A stretch of DNA of 64,000 nt, from IMG/VR virus record IMGVR_UViG_3300028601_000019, positions 4,130 through 68,129 of that record; one strand, given 5' to 3'. A model generated the notes under the pieces. The model worked only from the letters and a program-made list of their open reading frames with translations. It made no database searches and was not told the DNA's origin. Shown in pieces: positions 1 through 10,025 of this stretch. The position numbers were made by a program, and so were the translations under genes. How positions within the stretch are numbered: position 1 is the first letter of the stretch; every line of letters starts with the position of its first letter. The DNA comes from a virus (Duplodnaviria > Heunggongvirae > Uroviricota > Caudoviricetes).

Positions 1-507
1 AATTCGCCCCTGAAGTAATCAAAGGGGGATGTATGAATTTCACGCAAGTGACTTTATAGAGTTCAATGACTTATGTTTGGTCCTATCCCATCTTAAGCCG
101 CCTCTATAATTGCTCAATGGATGTTGACCTAATAGCTATCCATTGAAGTGGTTAAACCGACTGTACTAGTTTCCTGTAACAATATCAATTTTTTCTAGTG
201 TTCTAGGGATTATATTTATTAATGGGGAAGGGAAGACCGTTTTGTAGATTGGGAGCAAGCAATTGCCCAAAAAGTTTAGATCAAACTAGACCATACCTAA
301 ACTTGGCTTAATCAACCAAACAGAACGTAGGGAAAACGTAAGATACCTCGCCGAAATGCATACTGCAATTTTTATTGTGGGATGTGGTTGGCAGGAAATT
401 GAGATGTTTCTTCTAGAATTTTAATAAGTCTAGGATAGATGTCTCAATTTCCTGCCGACTGCATTGAAAAATTAATTTTTATATTTTTAATTTTTTCTTT
501 GAGTGAA
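1..507. other. Noncoding region of about 500 bp with elevated GC and hairpins. A 15-17 bp inverted repeat (GGCAGGAAATTGAGAT / ATCTCAATTTCCTGCC) at about 400-468 encloses a TCTAGA-containing loop.
   Basis: No ORF is open in any of the three plus frames, even allowing TGA as sense. The inverted repeat was read directly from the sequence. Confidence 0.5.
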
Positions 508-939
508 TTAGATTTGAATAGCAATATTATCAATGTAGATTTTGTTTTCTGATTTCATTTGAATTGAAAACATTTGGAAACCTGATGGTGCTTCAATTTC
601 TTCAATCTGTTTAATTTTCTTTCTTTGAAAAAGAACATGACTTAGATTTAGACTTTTAGCTTTTACCAATGATTTATCAATAAGCATAAATTTTACATTA
701 TGGGAAACCTGAATATAATTTCCATCTTCAAGGGTTACTTTGATTAGAGATTTTTGATTGGCCTCTTCGATTAAAATGACTGGAGAAAAACCATTTACTG
801 TTAAAATTTCAAGAAATCTTTTGTTGATTTTTTTGTTGTCAAGTGCGCTTTTTAAAACATCAACCCTAATTGTGCTTAGTTTGTTTTTTCCCGTCTTAAC
901 AGTTACACTTGAACCTCTGTGAACATAACAATTTTCCAT
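508..939 (-). CDS. Hypothetical protein, 143 aa.
   Basis: ORF with an AAGGA ribosome-binding site 8 nt upstream of the ATG. A TAA lies in frame upstream. No in-frame TGA. Confidence 0.55.
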   Translation of the reverse strand: MENCYVHRGSSVTVKTGKNKLSTIRVDVLKSALDNKKINKRFLEILTVNGFSPVILIEEANQKSLIKVTLEDGNYIQVSHNVKFMLIDKSLVKAKSLNLSHVLFQRKKIKQIEEIEAPSGFQMFSIQMKSENKIYIDNIAIQI

Positions 940-1058
940 GATTATAATTCCTTTTCGTTTTGAATTATAATTATTTATTTAGATTCATTTTCTAATGAAG
1001 AACATTGATGTTTTAATGAATTTTTCATTGATTTCCTCTCAATTATAAATTTGTTTTC

Positions 1059-1066
1059 TATAAATA
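1059..1066 (+). promoter_or_regulatory. T4-type late promoter motif TATAAATA. It sits in an 8-nt insertion that is present in IS copy 1 and absent from copy 2, upstream of tnpB.
   Basis: Exact TATAAATA. Copy 2 reads TTCTATATATAATATT at the same place. Confidence 0.4.
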
Positions 1067-1098
1067 GATATATAATATTAAAACTAGGTTGTAAACAA

Positions 1099-2280
1099 AT
1101 GATTAGATCATCCAAACATATTTTGAAGTATCAGACTGGTTCCAAGACGAAAGTCTTGAACCAGCTTTTTGACGACTTCAGAACTGACTTGTCTTGGTAT
1201 ATAGATCTGATCATTGCTGGGCAATTGCCTCTAACCAAGTTCATGTCATCCAAGGACTTGCCTTCGGGGATCATTACTCATTCTGCTTGGAAACAAATTC
1301 TGTATAAAACAGCATCTGAAATTGTTCGTTCTCAATACAAACAAGCCTCTAATCAAAGATTCAAGCATTACAAGAAATTGTTCCACAAGTGCAGTAGTGC
1401 AAACAAACATTGTTTTTTTACTGACAAACGATTTAGTGAACTGAATCTCAAGCCAATTCATCAATCTAGGTTCTTTAGTAAGCCAGACTTAAAGAACTTT
1501 TCAATCACACTAGATTCTAGATTGATTGACTTTCAATATGGCTTGCATTTCGATGAATTTGTAAGAATTAAAACCCCATTGTTCCATGAGCACAAGAAAC
1601 GTGCCATTACAATCAATATTCCAATCAAACATCACAAACATAGTCGTAAATTCGAGTCATGGGAACGAAAGAACTCAGTTCGATTGACATTAAAGAACGG
1701 AGTCATGAATCTTGAATTGATCTATGAGAAAGATGCACCTAAACTAAAGACAGATGGTTCTGTTCTTGGAATCGATCAGGGCTACAAGAAACTAATGTCA
1801 TGCTCCGATGGAACATTTCTTGGTTCTGAGATGGAATCAATCTACAAGTTCATTTCCAACAAAAAACAAGGCTCTAAGGCTTTCAAGAGAGCATTGATTC
1901 ATAGGACCAATGAAACGAACAGAATTTGTAATTCTCTAGATCTTTCTGATGTCAAAGAACTTGTTGTCGAGGACCTCAAGAACTTGAAACATAAATCAAA
2001 ACTGTCAACAAATTTTATGAACAAGATGCAACGCTGGGTTTATCCAGCAGTACTGGGCAAATTGGAATCCTTGGCTGAAATGAACGGTGTTCATTTCACG
2101 AAGGTGAATCCTGCTTATACTTCGCAGACATGTTCTAATTGCGGATGTGTAGATCCTGAGTCTCGCCAAGGCGAAGACTTCATGTGTCTGCATTGTGGCT
2201 ATGAGATTGATGCAGACTGAAATGCATCAATCAACATTGCCCGTTTGGGAATTTATAGTTCCCAAAGTCCAAAAAGCTAA
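1099..2280 (+). CDS. tnpB: TnpB (IS605 OrfB family RuvC-like RNA-guided nuclease), about 393 aa.
   Basis: RuvC-I motif GIDQG; RuvC-II motif VVEDLKNL; zinc finger CSNCGC...CLHCG; RuvC-III motif DAD-TGA-NASINI. The ORF continues 20 codons past the TGA to a TAA. Confidence 0.85.
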
Positions 2281-2318
2281 TTTCATTGTTTTTCATTGAA
2301 ATTGGCAACTATGATCTC

Positions 2319-4310
2319 TTATCAAGTAGATTCTTCAAGATAGTGATCATCATTAATATCTGAAAGAATACCTCATACATCCTCTTCTTCTTTGTTTTTA
2401 AAAAGGTCAACCTCATCCTTAAAAAGTTCTGTATCAATAAGATAGCACATCCAATATAGACCTGAAACAAGGTCATCTCCACCATCTGTACTTGAAGTAA
2501 ACTTTCCATTCTTTTCAATAAAAGTAGAAATTTGTTTTGCTGTTTCCCTATCTTTAATTATTAGAGAACCGTCTTCAATAAGTTTTTTCATTGTGATAAC
2601 AGCTTTGGTTTTAGATGCTGATGTGGCTCTAATTCCGATTTCATTCTCTTTATTTCCAGAATTGTAAAGATTTGGATTTTCAAAAATTCACCAAAGATTT
2701 TGAGTAACAGTAGATCCCTCAGCATTGTTCTCTGCTCCAATAATAGCATCATTATAATAAATTGAAAGCCTGTTAATGATGGAAGAAAGTTCATAGGTAT
2801 CTGTGACATTGGATTGGAAAGTTGCAGCATTAACTAACTTAACTGGTTTGAATGAGTCTATTCTATAGATTTGAATAGTAGCATCATGAGCACCTGATCC
2901 TTTTGATGGATCAACACCAATAAGAAACTTTTCTCCTTGCTTTGGTTTATGATACACTCGTAATCTATCATTTAGATCTGTTTCTTGAGGATCTTCAATT
3001 GTTGTGTTAATAAATTCAATCCCAGCAGTTGAAACTAGAGTATTAGATGACCCGAGGAACTCAACTTCAAATTCCTGTTTGAATTTTGCAAGGTTGCCCA
3101 TATTCTTAATCTGTTTATCTCTTCAGGTCTTTGTTCTTCCAGGAATCATATCCCAAGTAACTTTCATATGTTTGTATTCATTTCTTTTTGCTTCAGCACC
3201 GGAATATATTTCATGAAATAGATTAAACACACCATTTGGGGTTGAAATGATAATAATTTTAGCCTCATCAGAAGATGAAATTGCTGGATATACTGAAGTA
3301 TAAAATTCTCTTGCTATACCGTCGGAGACGAATCCAAGTTCGTCGAGTAGAAGAAGTGCTACTGAACGCCCCCGAAAGGTATCTTCAGTTGTGCCGGCAG
3401 TTTCAATTTTTGACCCATTTTCAAATTCTATTGATTGTTTATTATATTCAACAACACCCGGTTTAAGATAGAAAGGAAGCTCTTCATACATAATTTTAAT
3501 ACGTCTAAGAAGGTCTTTTGCAGAACTTGCCTTATTAGATGCTATTCCAATAAATTTATCAGAGTGAAATATAGCATATCATAAAGCAAAAGCCCCTACT
3601 GTTGTTGAGTTATGACTCTTTACACCATTTGTATAATAACATTCTCCATCAACATCTAAACAATCATACATATTAGATGATGTATCTAATTTTTCAACAT
3701 TAGAAATTTCTATATCACCATTTTCGGTTTCTATAAAATCCCCAATAGTTAGATCCTTAGCATAAATTTCCTTGTCATCAGAAAATAGTATATGATTATC
3801 AGCACACACAAATTCAATGCCATTATTCAATGATACTTTATATTCATTATATTCAACAGTTTTACCAACACCAGAAAAATCTTTTCATCCATCTGGAGTT
3901 CAAATTTCATAATCTTCACAATTTCTTTTCTCTATAAATTTATCATTTATAACAAAAGAAGATGTTGTTAGTTTGTCAAAGAATTCCCCAATGGTTAATT
4001 CTTCTTCTATTCCTGTTTTCTTGTTTCTTATCTTTATTTTTGTATCCCAAGAAACGCACTTGCCCGATTGTCTACAGAATAAAAAAGTTAAGTATCTATG
4101 ATCTTTACACATTTTAATCATCTTTTTCTGGAAAGGATACAACAAATCTCCAAGCTTTTTTCTTCCACCATCAATTGTTACGATTGTAACAAAGTTTAAA
4201 AAATATAAAACATCTTCAGAACACTTTACAAGATCTGAAATCATTTCTGGTGTGTATTCATCTTCCATTCCTGGATTTTTTACAAATTTATCGTCATATC
4301 TAATTGACAT
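2319..4310 (-). CDS. gp17: Terminase large subunit (T4 gp17-like) containing a mini-intein. The precursor is about 663 aa and is read through 6 in-frame TGA codons.
   Basis: Five standard-code ORFs lie in one frame, separated only by TGA. T4 gp17 motifs are present: LFCRQSGK (Walker A), VEYNKQSIEFENGSKI and KIIIISTPNGVFNLFHEIY. The TGA aligns with an aromatic position in gp17. Confidence 0.85.
3609..4058 (-). other. Hint-domain mini-intein of 150 aa inserted in the terminase P-loop. It runs from Cys1 (CVSWDTKI...) to ...VKSHN and is followed by the +1 Ser of the extein (STTVGAFAL).
   Basis: The extein junctions QSGK|C and HN|STTV reconstitute QSGK-STTV, which matches T4 QLGKTTVV. Intein blocks A (CVSWDT), B (ADNH) and F/G (DCLDVDGECYYTNGVKSHN) are present. 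There is no endonuclease domain. Confidence 0.75.
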
Positions 4311-4356
4311 TTTCCTAACCTTATATATATTTTAATCTATTTATGATCAATAATCT

Positions 4357-4364
4357 TATAAATA
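4357..4364 (+). promoter_or_regulatory. T4-type late promoter TATAAATA upstream of the gp24-like gene. A divergent near-match, CATAAATA, lies on the minus strand at about 4333-4343 upstream of the terminase gene.
   Basis: Exact motif about 45 nt upstream of the ATG, followed by a GGAGGAATTTAAAC ribosome-binding site. Confidence 0.55.
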
Positions 4365-4409
4365 GTTTAAATTAGCACTGATATTCAATTCTTTTGGAGG
4401 AATTTAAAC

Positions 4410-5579
4410 ATGTCTGAATTTGATATTTTATTTACAGAACAGGAGAAGAAATCTAAGACTTTTTATCAAATTTCTACTCTATTGGAAAACACTTATAAGG
4501 TAATCAAGAATAACAACCCCAATTTTACTATTGAGGAAGCTGTTTCCTATGCTACAGGGAGTTTGGGGGATATTTCAGATTTCTCAACTAACGGAATTTA
4601 TCATAAAATTTCCATGGGGCTGTCAAAGAAAACTTGGGATAGACTTATTGCAAGAGAAATTGTTGGTGTTCAACCAATGAATGGTCCTGTTGGCTTATAT
4701 TATGCATTAAGATTTTATGCCAATTCTACTTATGGTGGACAAGCAAATCAAGAGCTTGGATTTAACAAGGTAGATACAACTTACACAGGATCATTAACAC
4801 CATCAGCAAGTGAAGCATTGGGATCAGGTATTTCTGGGTATCCCGGACTTGGAATTGGAACCGGGGAAAACATTAAAGAGATTAACATTAAACTTGAAAA
4901 GAAACAAGCTGAAGCACAAACAAGAAAACTAAATGCAAGATTTTCTGAAGAGCTTTTTCAAGATGTTTTCACAATGCACGATGTTAATCTAAGAGATCAG
5001 GTTTATACTGGAATTGCTCGTGAAGTCCAAACAGAAATTGACCTTGAAGTCATTGAAAAGATTAATAGTGTAGCAACAGCAAAAACATTAAATTTTGCTA
5101 CTGTTGCTGGTGATAACAAATCTGATAAGTATAATTCATTTGTTGCATATGTATTAAATCTTGCTAATGTAATTGGTAAGACTTCTAATCATGGTAATGG
5201 TAATTTTGTAATTGCAAGTTCAAATATTTCCGGTGTAATTGAATCTACTCCTCAATTTTCTGTATCAATGATTACAGACAAACAATATGAATGGGATGAT
5301 AGAGTTTGTTTCGCCGGAACAATTAATGGAATGAAGCTTTTTAGAAATATTTTTTGGGATACTGATAAGTACATTGTAGGATATAAGGGTGAAACAGAAC
5401 TTGATGCTGGGATTTTTTATCTTCCATATATTTTTATGCATCTACAAGCCATTCAAGAAAATTCTTTCCAGAATTCTATTGGTGTAATGAGTAGATATGC
5501 AATTGGTGAAAATATTTTTGGTGCTGAGAAATATTATCAGAAAGTTGAAGTAAGCAATATGGATGTTTTATATTCATAG
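4410..5579 (+). CDS. gp24: Major capsid protein paralog (T4 gp24-like vertex protein or second MCP), 389 aa.
   Basis: Shares the T4 gp23/gp24 motifs VGVQPMNGPVG..ALRF and KKQAEAQTRKLNARFS..LFQD with the 11055 gene. No in-frame TGA. Confidence 0.7.
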   Translation: MSEFDILFTEQEKKSKTFYQISTLLENTYKVIKNNNPNFTIEEAVSYATGSLGDISDFSTNGIYHKISMGLSKKTWDRLIAREIVGVQPMNGPVGLYYALRFYANSTYGGQANQELGFNKVDTTYTGSLTPSASEALGSGISGYPGLGIGTGENIKEINIKLEKKQAEAQTRKLNARFSEELFQDVFTMHDVNLRDQVYTGIAREVQTEIDLEVIEKINSVATAKTLNFATVAGDNKSDKYNSFVAYVLNLANVIGKTSNHGNGNFVIASSNISGVIESTPQFSVSMITDKQYEWDDRVCFAGTINGMKLFRNIFWDTDKYIVGYKGETELDAGIFYLPYIFMHLQAIQENSFQNSIGVMSRYAIGENIFGAEKYYQKVEVSNMDVLYS

Positions 5580-5626
5580 TGAAATATTCAGAACGAGGAA
5601 AGATAAATCCCTTTGATGCTTATATG

Positions 5627-5806
5627 GCAGGGTGTTCTATTTGAATCACACCACAAGTAATTCTAATTTTAGAAAAACTATGTGAAAAATATAAAGATGA
5701 ATTAGAAGGAATTGATTTAGATGGGTTTCTTGACTTTAAAGATCAGATAGATCATGAAGCAGTTATAAAAAGAAAAAAGTATATGTAAATTAAAAAGGGA
5801 GCTATA
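5627..5806 (+). CDS. Small hypothetical protein, 59 aa, with one in-frame TGA.
   Basis: ORF read with TGA as Trp. Weak support. Confidence 0.25.
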
Positions 5807-5826
5807 ATAGCTCCCTTTTCTTATTC
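5793..5826. terminator. Bidirectional rho-independent terminator: GGGAGCTAT-aat-ATAGCTCCC, with an A-run on one side and a T-run on the other.
   Basis: Perfect 9-bp stem lying between convergent genes. Confidence 0.75.
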
Positions 5827-6102
5827 AAAAATCTTTGAAATTTTCCTTGGTTTAACTTGTGTCTCTGTTAGTTTTACTTCAATCTTTGGTTCTTTAGATT
5901 CTAAATCTGCATTTGATATTTCGCTATCTGTCAATAAAGACAAATGAGTATTCATGATTGATAATTGACCCACAATCTTTTTCAATAAAATTTCATTAGA
6001 AGTATCATAAACTTTTAATTCATCTTGTTCTACTCCTGTTACTTTTAAATGGGCAGATGCACCATCTGCATTTTTAATTGAATTTGATGAATATAGGATC
6101 AT
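5821..6102 (-). CDS. Hypothetical protein, 93 aa.
   Basis: ORF with an AAGGAAGACAT ribosome-binding site before the ATG. No TGA. Confidence 0.5.
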   Translation of the reverse strand: MILYSSNSIKNADGASAHLKVTGVEQDELKVYDTSNEILLKKIVGQLSIMNTHLSLLTDSEISNADLESKEPKIEVKLTETQVKPRKISKIFE

Positions 6103-6116
6103 ATGTCTTCCTTTCT

Positions 6117-6124
6117 TATAAATA
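6117..6124 (+). promoter_or_regulatory. Late promoter TATAAATA.
   Basis: Exact motif 39 nt upstream of the 6163 gene, followed by a GGAGGG ribosome-binding site. Confidence 0.5.
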
Positions 6125-6162
6125 GTTTATAATGATTATTTATAAGAAAGTTGGAGGGATCT

Positions 6163-6537
6163 ATGCCTTTACCAGAGCCTAAATCAAATGAAAAAGAAAA
6201 AGATTTTGTTTGTAGATGTATTTCAATACTTTCTGAAGAAAGGGATGAAATGGGGAATCTTCGTTGGCCTCAACAGAATCAAAGAATTGCTGTTTGCTAT
6301 TCTCAATGAGAAAAAAAGAATGAATCAGTTATCATAGATAGAATAAATAAATTTTTAGATGAATCTACAGTGGCTGGAGATGTTGCATCTTATGAGAAGC
6401 CAATTGCAATGGGTAAAAATTCTTATATCCAAAAAAGAGATAAGAAATGATCTTACATTGTTGACGAAAAAGAAGTTGATTCAGATGAAGATGTTGAAGA
6501 ACTTAAAAAAAGAATTAAGAAGGTGGAAAAATAAATG
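6163..6537 (+). CDS. Hypothetical protein of about 124 aa, with 2 in-frame TGA.
   Basis: Read through TGA. Late promoter and ribosome-binding site present. Lies immediately upstream of the portal gene. Confidence 0.45.
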
Positions 6538-8085
6538 GGATTTTTAACAGGATTAAAAGATTTTTTCTTTTCCAACGATGTTAATGAGGAATTGAAACAA
6601 TTTAAAAACATAGGTCAAGAAACAAAAAGAAAGGATTCAGAATTTGGTGAAGGATTTGAAAATCCCCTGATGGCGGCAGCAGGGTTGATTTCCCAGCAAT
6701 TTTATGACAAGTATCTATATCAAAAGCTTGATACTAAAATCAAAAAGATTGAAGAGTATCGAAGAATTGCTGGCAATTCTGAAATTTCTGATGTTATTGA
6801 GGATGCTGTTATTGAATCTACAATGCCAAATGATCAAGATGAAATTTTTAAATTGATATTTAGAGATGAAAAACTTGAGAAAAATAAAAATGCTGTAAAA
6901 AACATTGAAAATGAATTCAATGAACTTATCTACAACAGACTTAGATTGAATACAAAAATTCAAAATTATATGGAAGATTATTTCATTGATGGCGAACTTT
7001 ATTTTGAAAATGTTATTGATACTAACAACGCCAAGAAAGGTATTTTATATTGAAAGAAACTTCCAACAGAAACCATGGATTTTATTTACAATTATGAGAA
7101 AGGAATGACAGATGCATATATCCAGTATCTTAAAGGCGGATTAACCAACACCCTAATTAGATCTATTGAAGATGCTAGAAACTGTAAAGATATTATAGTA
7201 TTTGATAAATCTCAAATTGCATATGTGAATTATGGTAAGTTTTCTCCAGTAGATAGAACAAAGGTATTTGGCTATCTTGAAAAAGCAAGAAAGCCCTTTA
7301 ATCAGCTTAATATGCTTGAAACATCGGTGATCATTTATAGATTAGTAAGAGCTCCTGAAAGATTTGTTTTTAATATTGATGTTGGCAATATGCCCAGAGA
7401 TAAAGCTATGCAATTTGTTGAAAAAATGAAACAAAAACTTTCAACAAAAGAGTCTTTTGATCCTGAAACCGGTCTTTTAAAGAAAGCAGTTAATGTAATG
7501 TCGATTTCTGAAAACTTTTTCTTGCCGACTTCATCGTCCGGACGAGCAAGTTCTGTTAGTACTGTTGGCGGCAATCCTTCTGGTTTTGCTGAATTAGATG
7601 ACATCTACTATTTTCAAAAGAAACTATATAAAGCTTTAAAATACCCCATTACCAGAGTTCAAAATGCTAAAGATGGCCATTCTGGAGACAGTTTATTTGG
7701 TGGATCTTCCAATTTTGGTGAAATCCCTAGAGATGAAGTAAAATGATCTGTTTTTCTTGAAAATCAACAAGATAAGTTTTGTAGAATGCTGCTTAAAACT
7801 TTTCTTATTCATCTTGAGTTTAAAGGATTTTTAAAACAATATGGATTAGATGAATATTCTTTAGCTATTTCTATGAATTGTCCTAATTCATATAGAGATC
7901 AAATTGAACAGAAAGGAAGAGAAACAAAATTCAATAACTATAATATGCTTGTATCTAATGCCGAATTTTCAAAAACATATTTAATGAAAAGATTTCTTGA
8001 TATGGATGATGATGAGATAAAGCTTAATGCCGAAGGCCACAAACTTGACAAAGAATTATTTGGGGCCGGAGAGGAGGACGTTTAA
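6535..8085 (+). CDS. gp20: Portal protein (T4 gp20-like), 516 aa, with 2 in-frame TGA.
   Basis: Three same-frame ORFs are joined by TGA. The size matches gp20, and it lies upstream of the protease, scaffold and MCP genes as in T4. Confidence 0.7.
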
Positions 8086-8402
8086 TGAAATTTAAAATCA
8101 AACCCATTTTTGTCGCTATTGGAGCAGTCATTGTTGCTATTGCTACGTTTTTTCTACAAAGGCTTTTTTCAACAGACCCAAGAGGGAATGTCAATAAACC
8201 TTCTGATTCTATCTTAGATGATGTTTCTGAAGATAGCTATGTTCATCCAGATATCTCAAAAGAAGAGGAGGCAGCAGACTATCAAACGCAAAATATTGAA
8301 ACAGTCATTAAGGATGGAGCGGAGAAAGTTGAAGCTGCAAAGAAAGATACAAACATTAAGTCAACACAAGAAAAAATAGATTCAAATTGGGATGATCTTT
8401 AA
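8085..8402 (+). CDS. Small protein with an N-terminal transmembrane helix (IFVAIGAVIVAIATFFL) and an acidic C-terminus, 105 aa.
   Basis: The ATG overlaps the portal TAA. Hydrophobic helix followed by charged residues. Confidence 0.55.
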   Translation: MKFKIKPIFVAIGAVIVAIATFFLQRLFSTDPRGNVNKPSDSILDDVSEDSYVHPDISKEEEAADYQTQNIETVIKDGAEKVEAAKKDTNIKSTQEKIDSNWDDL

Positions 8403-8403
8403 A

Positions 8404-8913
8404 ATGAAAAAATATGTTTTGTACCTTTTTTTAGTACTATTGTGTGTTGGTTGTGCCCCAAAGCAATTTGAACCATTTCAACCACCAGAAATAAAGTTTG
8501 AAAAAACACAAGAGTATAAACTTGATCTATCTTCTATAAAAAAACCAGAAAAGATAAATCCAATCTTTGTTGATGGAAATTTTAAAGAGGTTTCAATAGA
8601 TGAAGCAAAATTCGTTCTTCTAACCCCAAGCGAATATGCTAAAGTTGGAGCAGTAGTTCAAATGGCAGTAACGTACAAACAAATTGCTATAGAGGAAGAA
8701 ACTTTAATAAATTTACATATAAATACTATTAATGCACTTAAAGAATATCTTGAACTTGAAAGGCAAAAGTCTCTTCAGTATAGAGAACTTTGAGTCAATG
8801 CTGAAAACAACTATAGATATGAGAAATGGGAACATCAAAAATCTTCTTTCTTTTATCAAACAGGATTATATGCTATAAGTTTTGGATCATTGATTGCATT
8901 GTTTGTATTATAA
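8404..8913 (+). CDS. Putative lipoprotein (signal peptide MKKYVLYLFLVLLCVGC) with a C-terminal transmembrane segment after TGA read-through. About 170 aa.
   Basis: Lipobox L-L-C-V-G-C. After TGA at 8791 the frame continues to GLYAISFGSLIALFVL and a TAA. Confidence 0.5.
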
Positions 8914-8943
8914 AATTGTTTTTAATAAATAATTATAGGAGTA

Positions 8944-9119
8944 TGTTAATGGATAAGGAAAATTTTAAAAAAGCATTTACATCATTTGCTGAAGATGATT
9001 TTGAAACATCAAGAGAGATTCTTTCTAAAGAACTTGATTCAACGATTAATGATTATTTTAAGAAAGAACTTGAATTGGAAAATGATGTTCTAAAAATAGA
9101 AAAACAACCGGAGGAGTAA
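8944..9119 (+). CDS. Small acidic protein of 58 aa. A possible prohead core or assembly protein given its position.
   Basis: ATAGGAG ribosome-binding site with an ATG. Sits in the gp20-gp21 gap, as gp67/gp68 do in T4. Confidence 0.4.
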
Positions 9120-9122
9120 CCC

Positions 9123-9710
9123 GTGAAGTTAATTACGGAGACAACATATAACATTTCAACCAAGAAGGATGATAAGTCTCTCTTTATTGAAGGTATTTTT
9201 TCAACAGCAGAAGAAAGAAATAGAAATGGAAGAATTTATTCTAAAAAAATTCTTGAAAGAGAAGTTGATAAACTTAGAGAAAACATTTCTAATAAATCTT
9301 CATTGGGTGAATTAGAACATCCAGCTTCTAATACAATTACACTTGAACGAGCAGCTATTCTTATTGAAGATCTTGTTTGAGAAGGTAATCATGTAATGGG
9401 TAAAGCAAAGGTTCTTTCGACTCCATGCGGGCAGATTGTAAAAAGTCTGATTGAAGATGGTGCTCGTATTGGTATTAGTTCAAGAGGTCTTGGAACAGTA
9501 AATGAAAAGACAAATTATGTTAATGAAGATTTTAATTTAATTTGTTGGGACATCGTTTCTACTCCAAGCAACAGAGGAAGTTGGGTTAATGGTGTGTTAG
9601 AAAGTATGGATTTTGATTCTTCAAATCAAGAAAAATTGATTGAACAAGCTAAGAAAGAACATCAAAAGAAGATCTTTCAAGTAATTGATCAGATTTCAAA
9701 AAATTTATAA
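9123..9710 (+). CDS. gp21: Prohead core protease (T4 gp21-like), 196 aa, with 1 in-frame TGA.
   Basis: GTG start after a GGAGG ribosome-binding site. GELEHP and GISSRGLG motifs. Same position as in T4. Confidence 0.7.
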
Positions 9711-9719
9711 GAGAGAACT

Positions 9720-9956
9720 ATGAAACTAATTGAAAAGATTGATGAATATTTAAATGAAGAAAATGTTGCTAGAAATCCCAAAACCGATTCGGTTGTAGAA
9801 AAGGGAAAAGATTGAACACTTATGAAGTCCGACCCCTATGGTCCAAATGGCAAATATACTGACTTTTATATTGTTTTTAAATCTGGGGGTTCTAAACCGA
9901 CATTTGAAACTCTAAAAGATGCTAAGAAATACCTAAAAGATCAGGATTACAAATAA
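9720..9956 (+). CDS. Hypothetical protein of 78 aa, with 1 in-frame TGA.
   Basis: Ribosome-binding site plus ATG. Frame verified codon by codon. Confidence 0.4.
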
Positions 9957-9978
9957 GTCAAAATTTATAATTTATTTT

Positions 9979-9986
9979 TATAAATA
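9979..9986 (+). promoter_or_regulatory. Late promoter TATAAATA followed by the conserved 5' UTR ATAAGGAACAATTCTTTAGGAGGAATTTA.
   Basis: The cassette repeats at 11009. Confidence 0.55.
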
Positions 9987-10025
9987 GTTTTATAAGGAAC
10001 AATTCTTTAGGAGGAATTTATTATA

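Larger units (their letters stand above)
978..2312 (+). mobile_element. IS605/IS1341-family element encoding TnpB only (copy 1). The left end has an AATGAA-ttt-TTCATT subterminal hairpin. The right end overlaps the 3' end of tnpB, where the omegaRNA scaffold is expected.
   Basis: About 1.33 kb that is more than 90% identical to 32588..33926. Identity begins at TATTTAGATTCATTTTC and ends at TTCATTGAAATT(G/A)G(C/T)AACT. Confidence 0.75.

Noticed and set aside
1-507. Group I intron or tRNA in the 5' noncoding region.
   Set aside because: No clean cloverleaf or P7/P3 core could be folded by hand. Left as an unexplained structured region.
1246-2193. Minus-strand ORFs 1246..1464 and 2005..2193.
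   Set aside because: They lie antisense inside the well-supported tnpB gene.
2319-4310. Treating the five minus-strand ORFs between 2373 and 4310 as separate genes or pseudogene fragments.
   Set aside because: They share one frame, the separators are all TGA, and the concatenated protein aligns colinearly with T4 gp17.
6359-7604. Alternative-frame ORFs 6359..6547, 6715..6963(-) and 7335..7604(-).
   Set aside because: They overlap the portal gene in other frames and are AT-rich frame artifacts.
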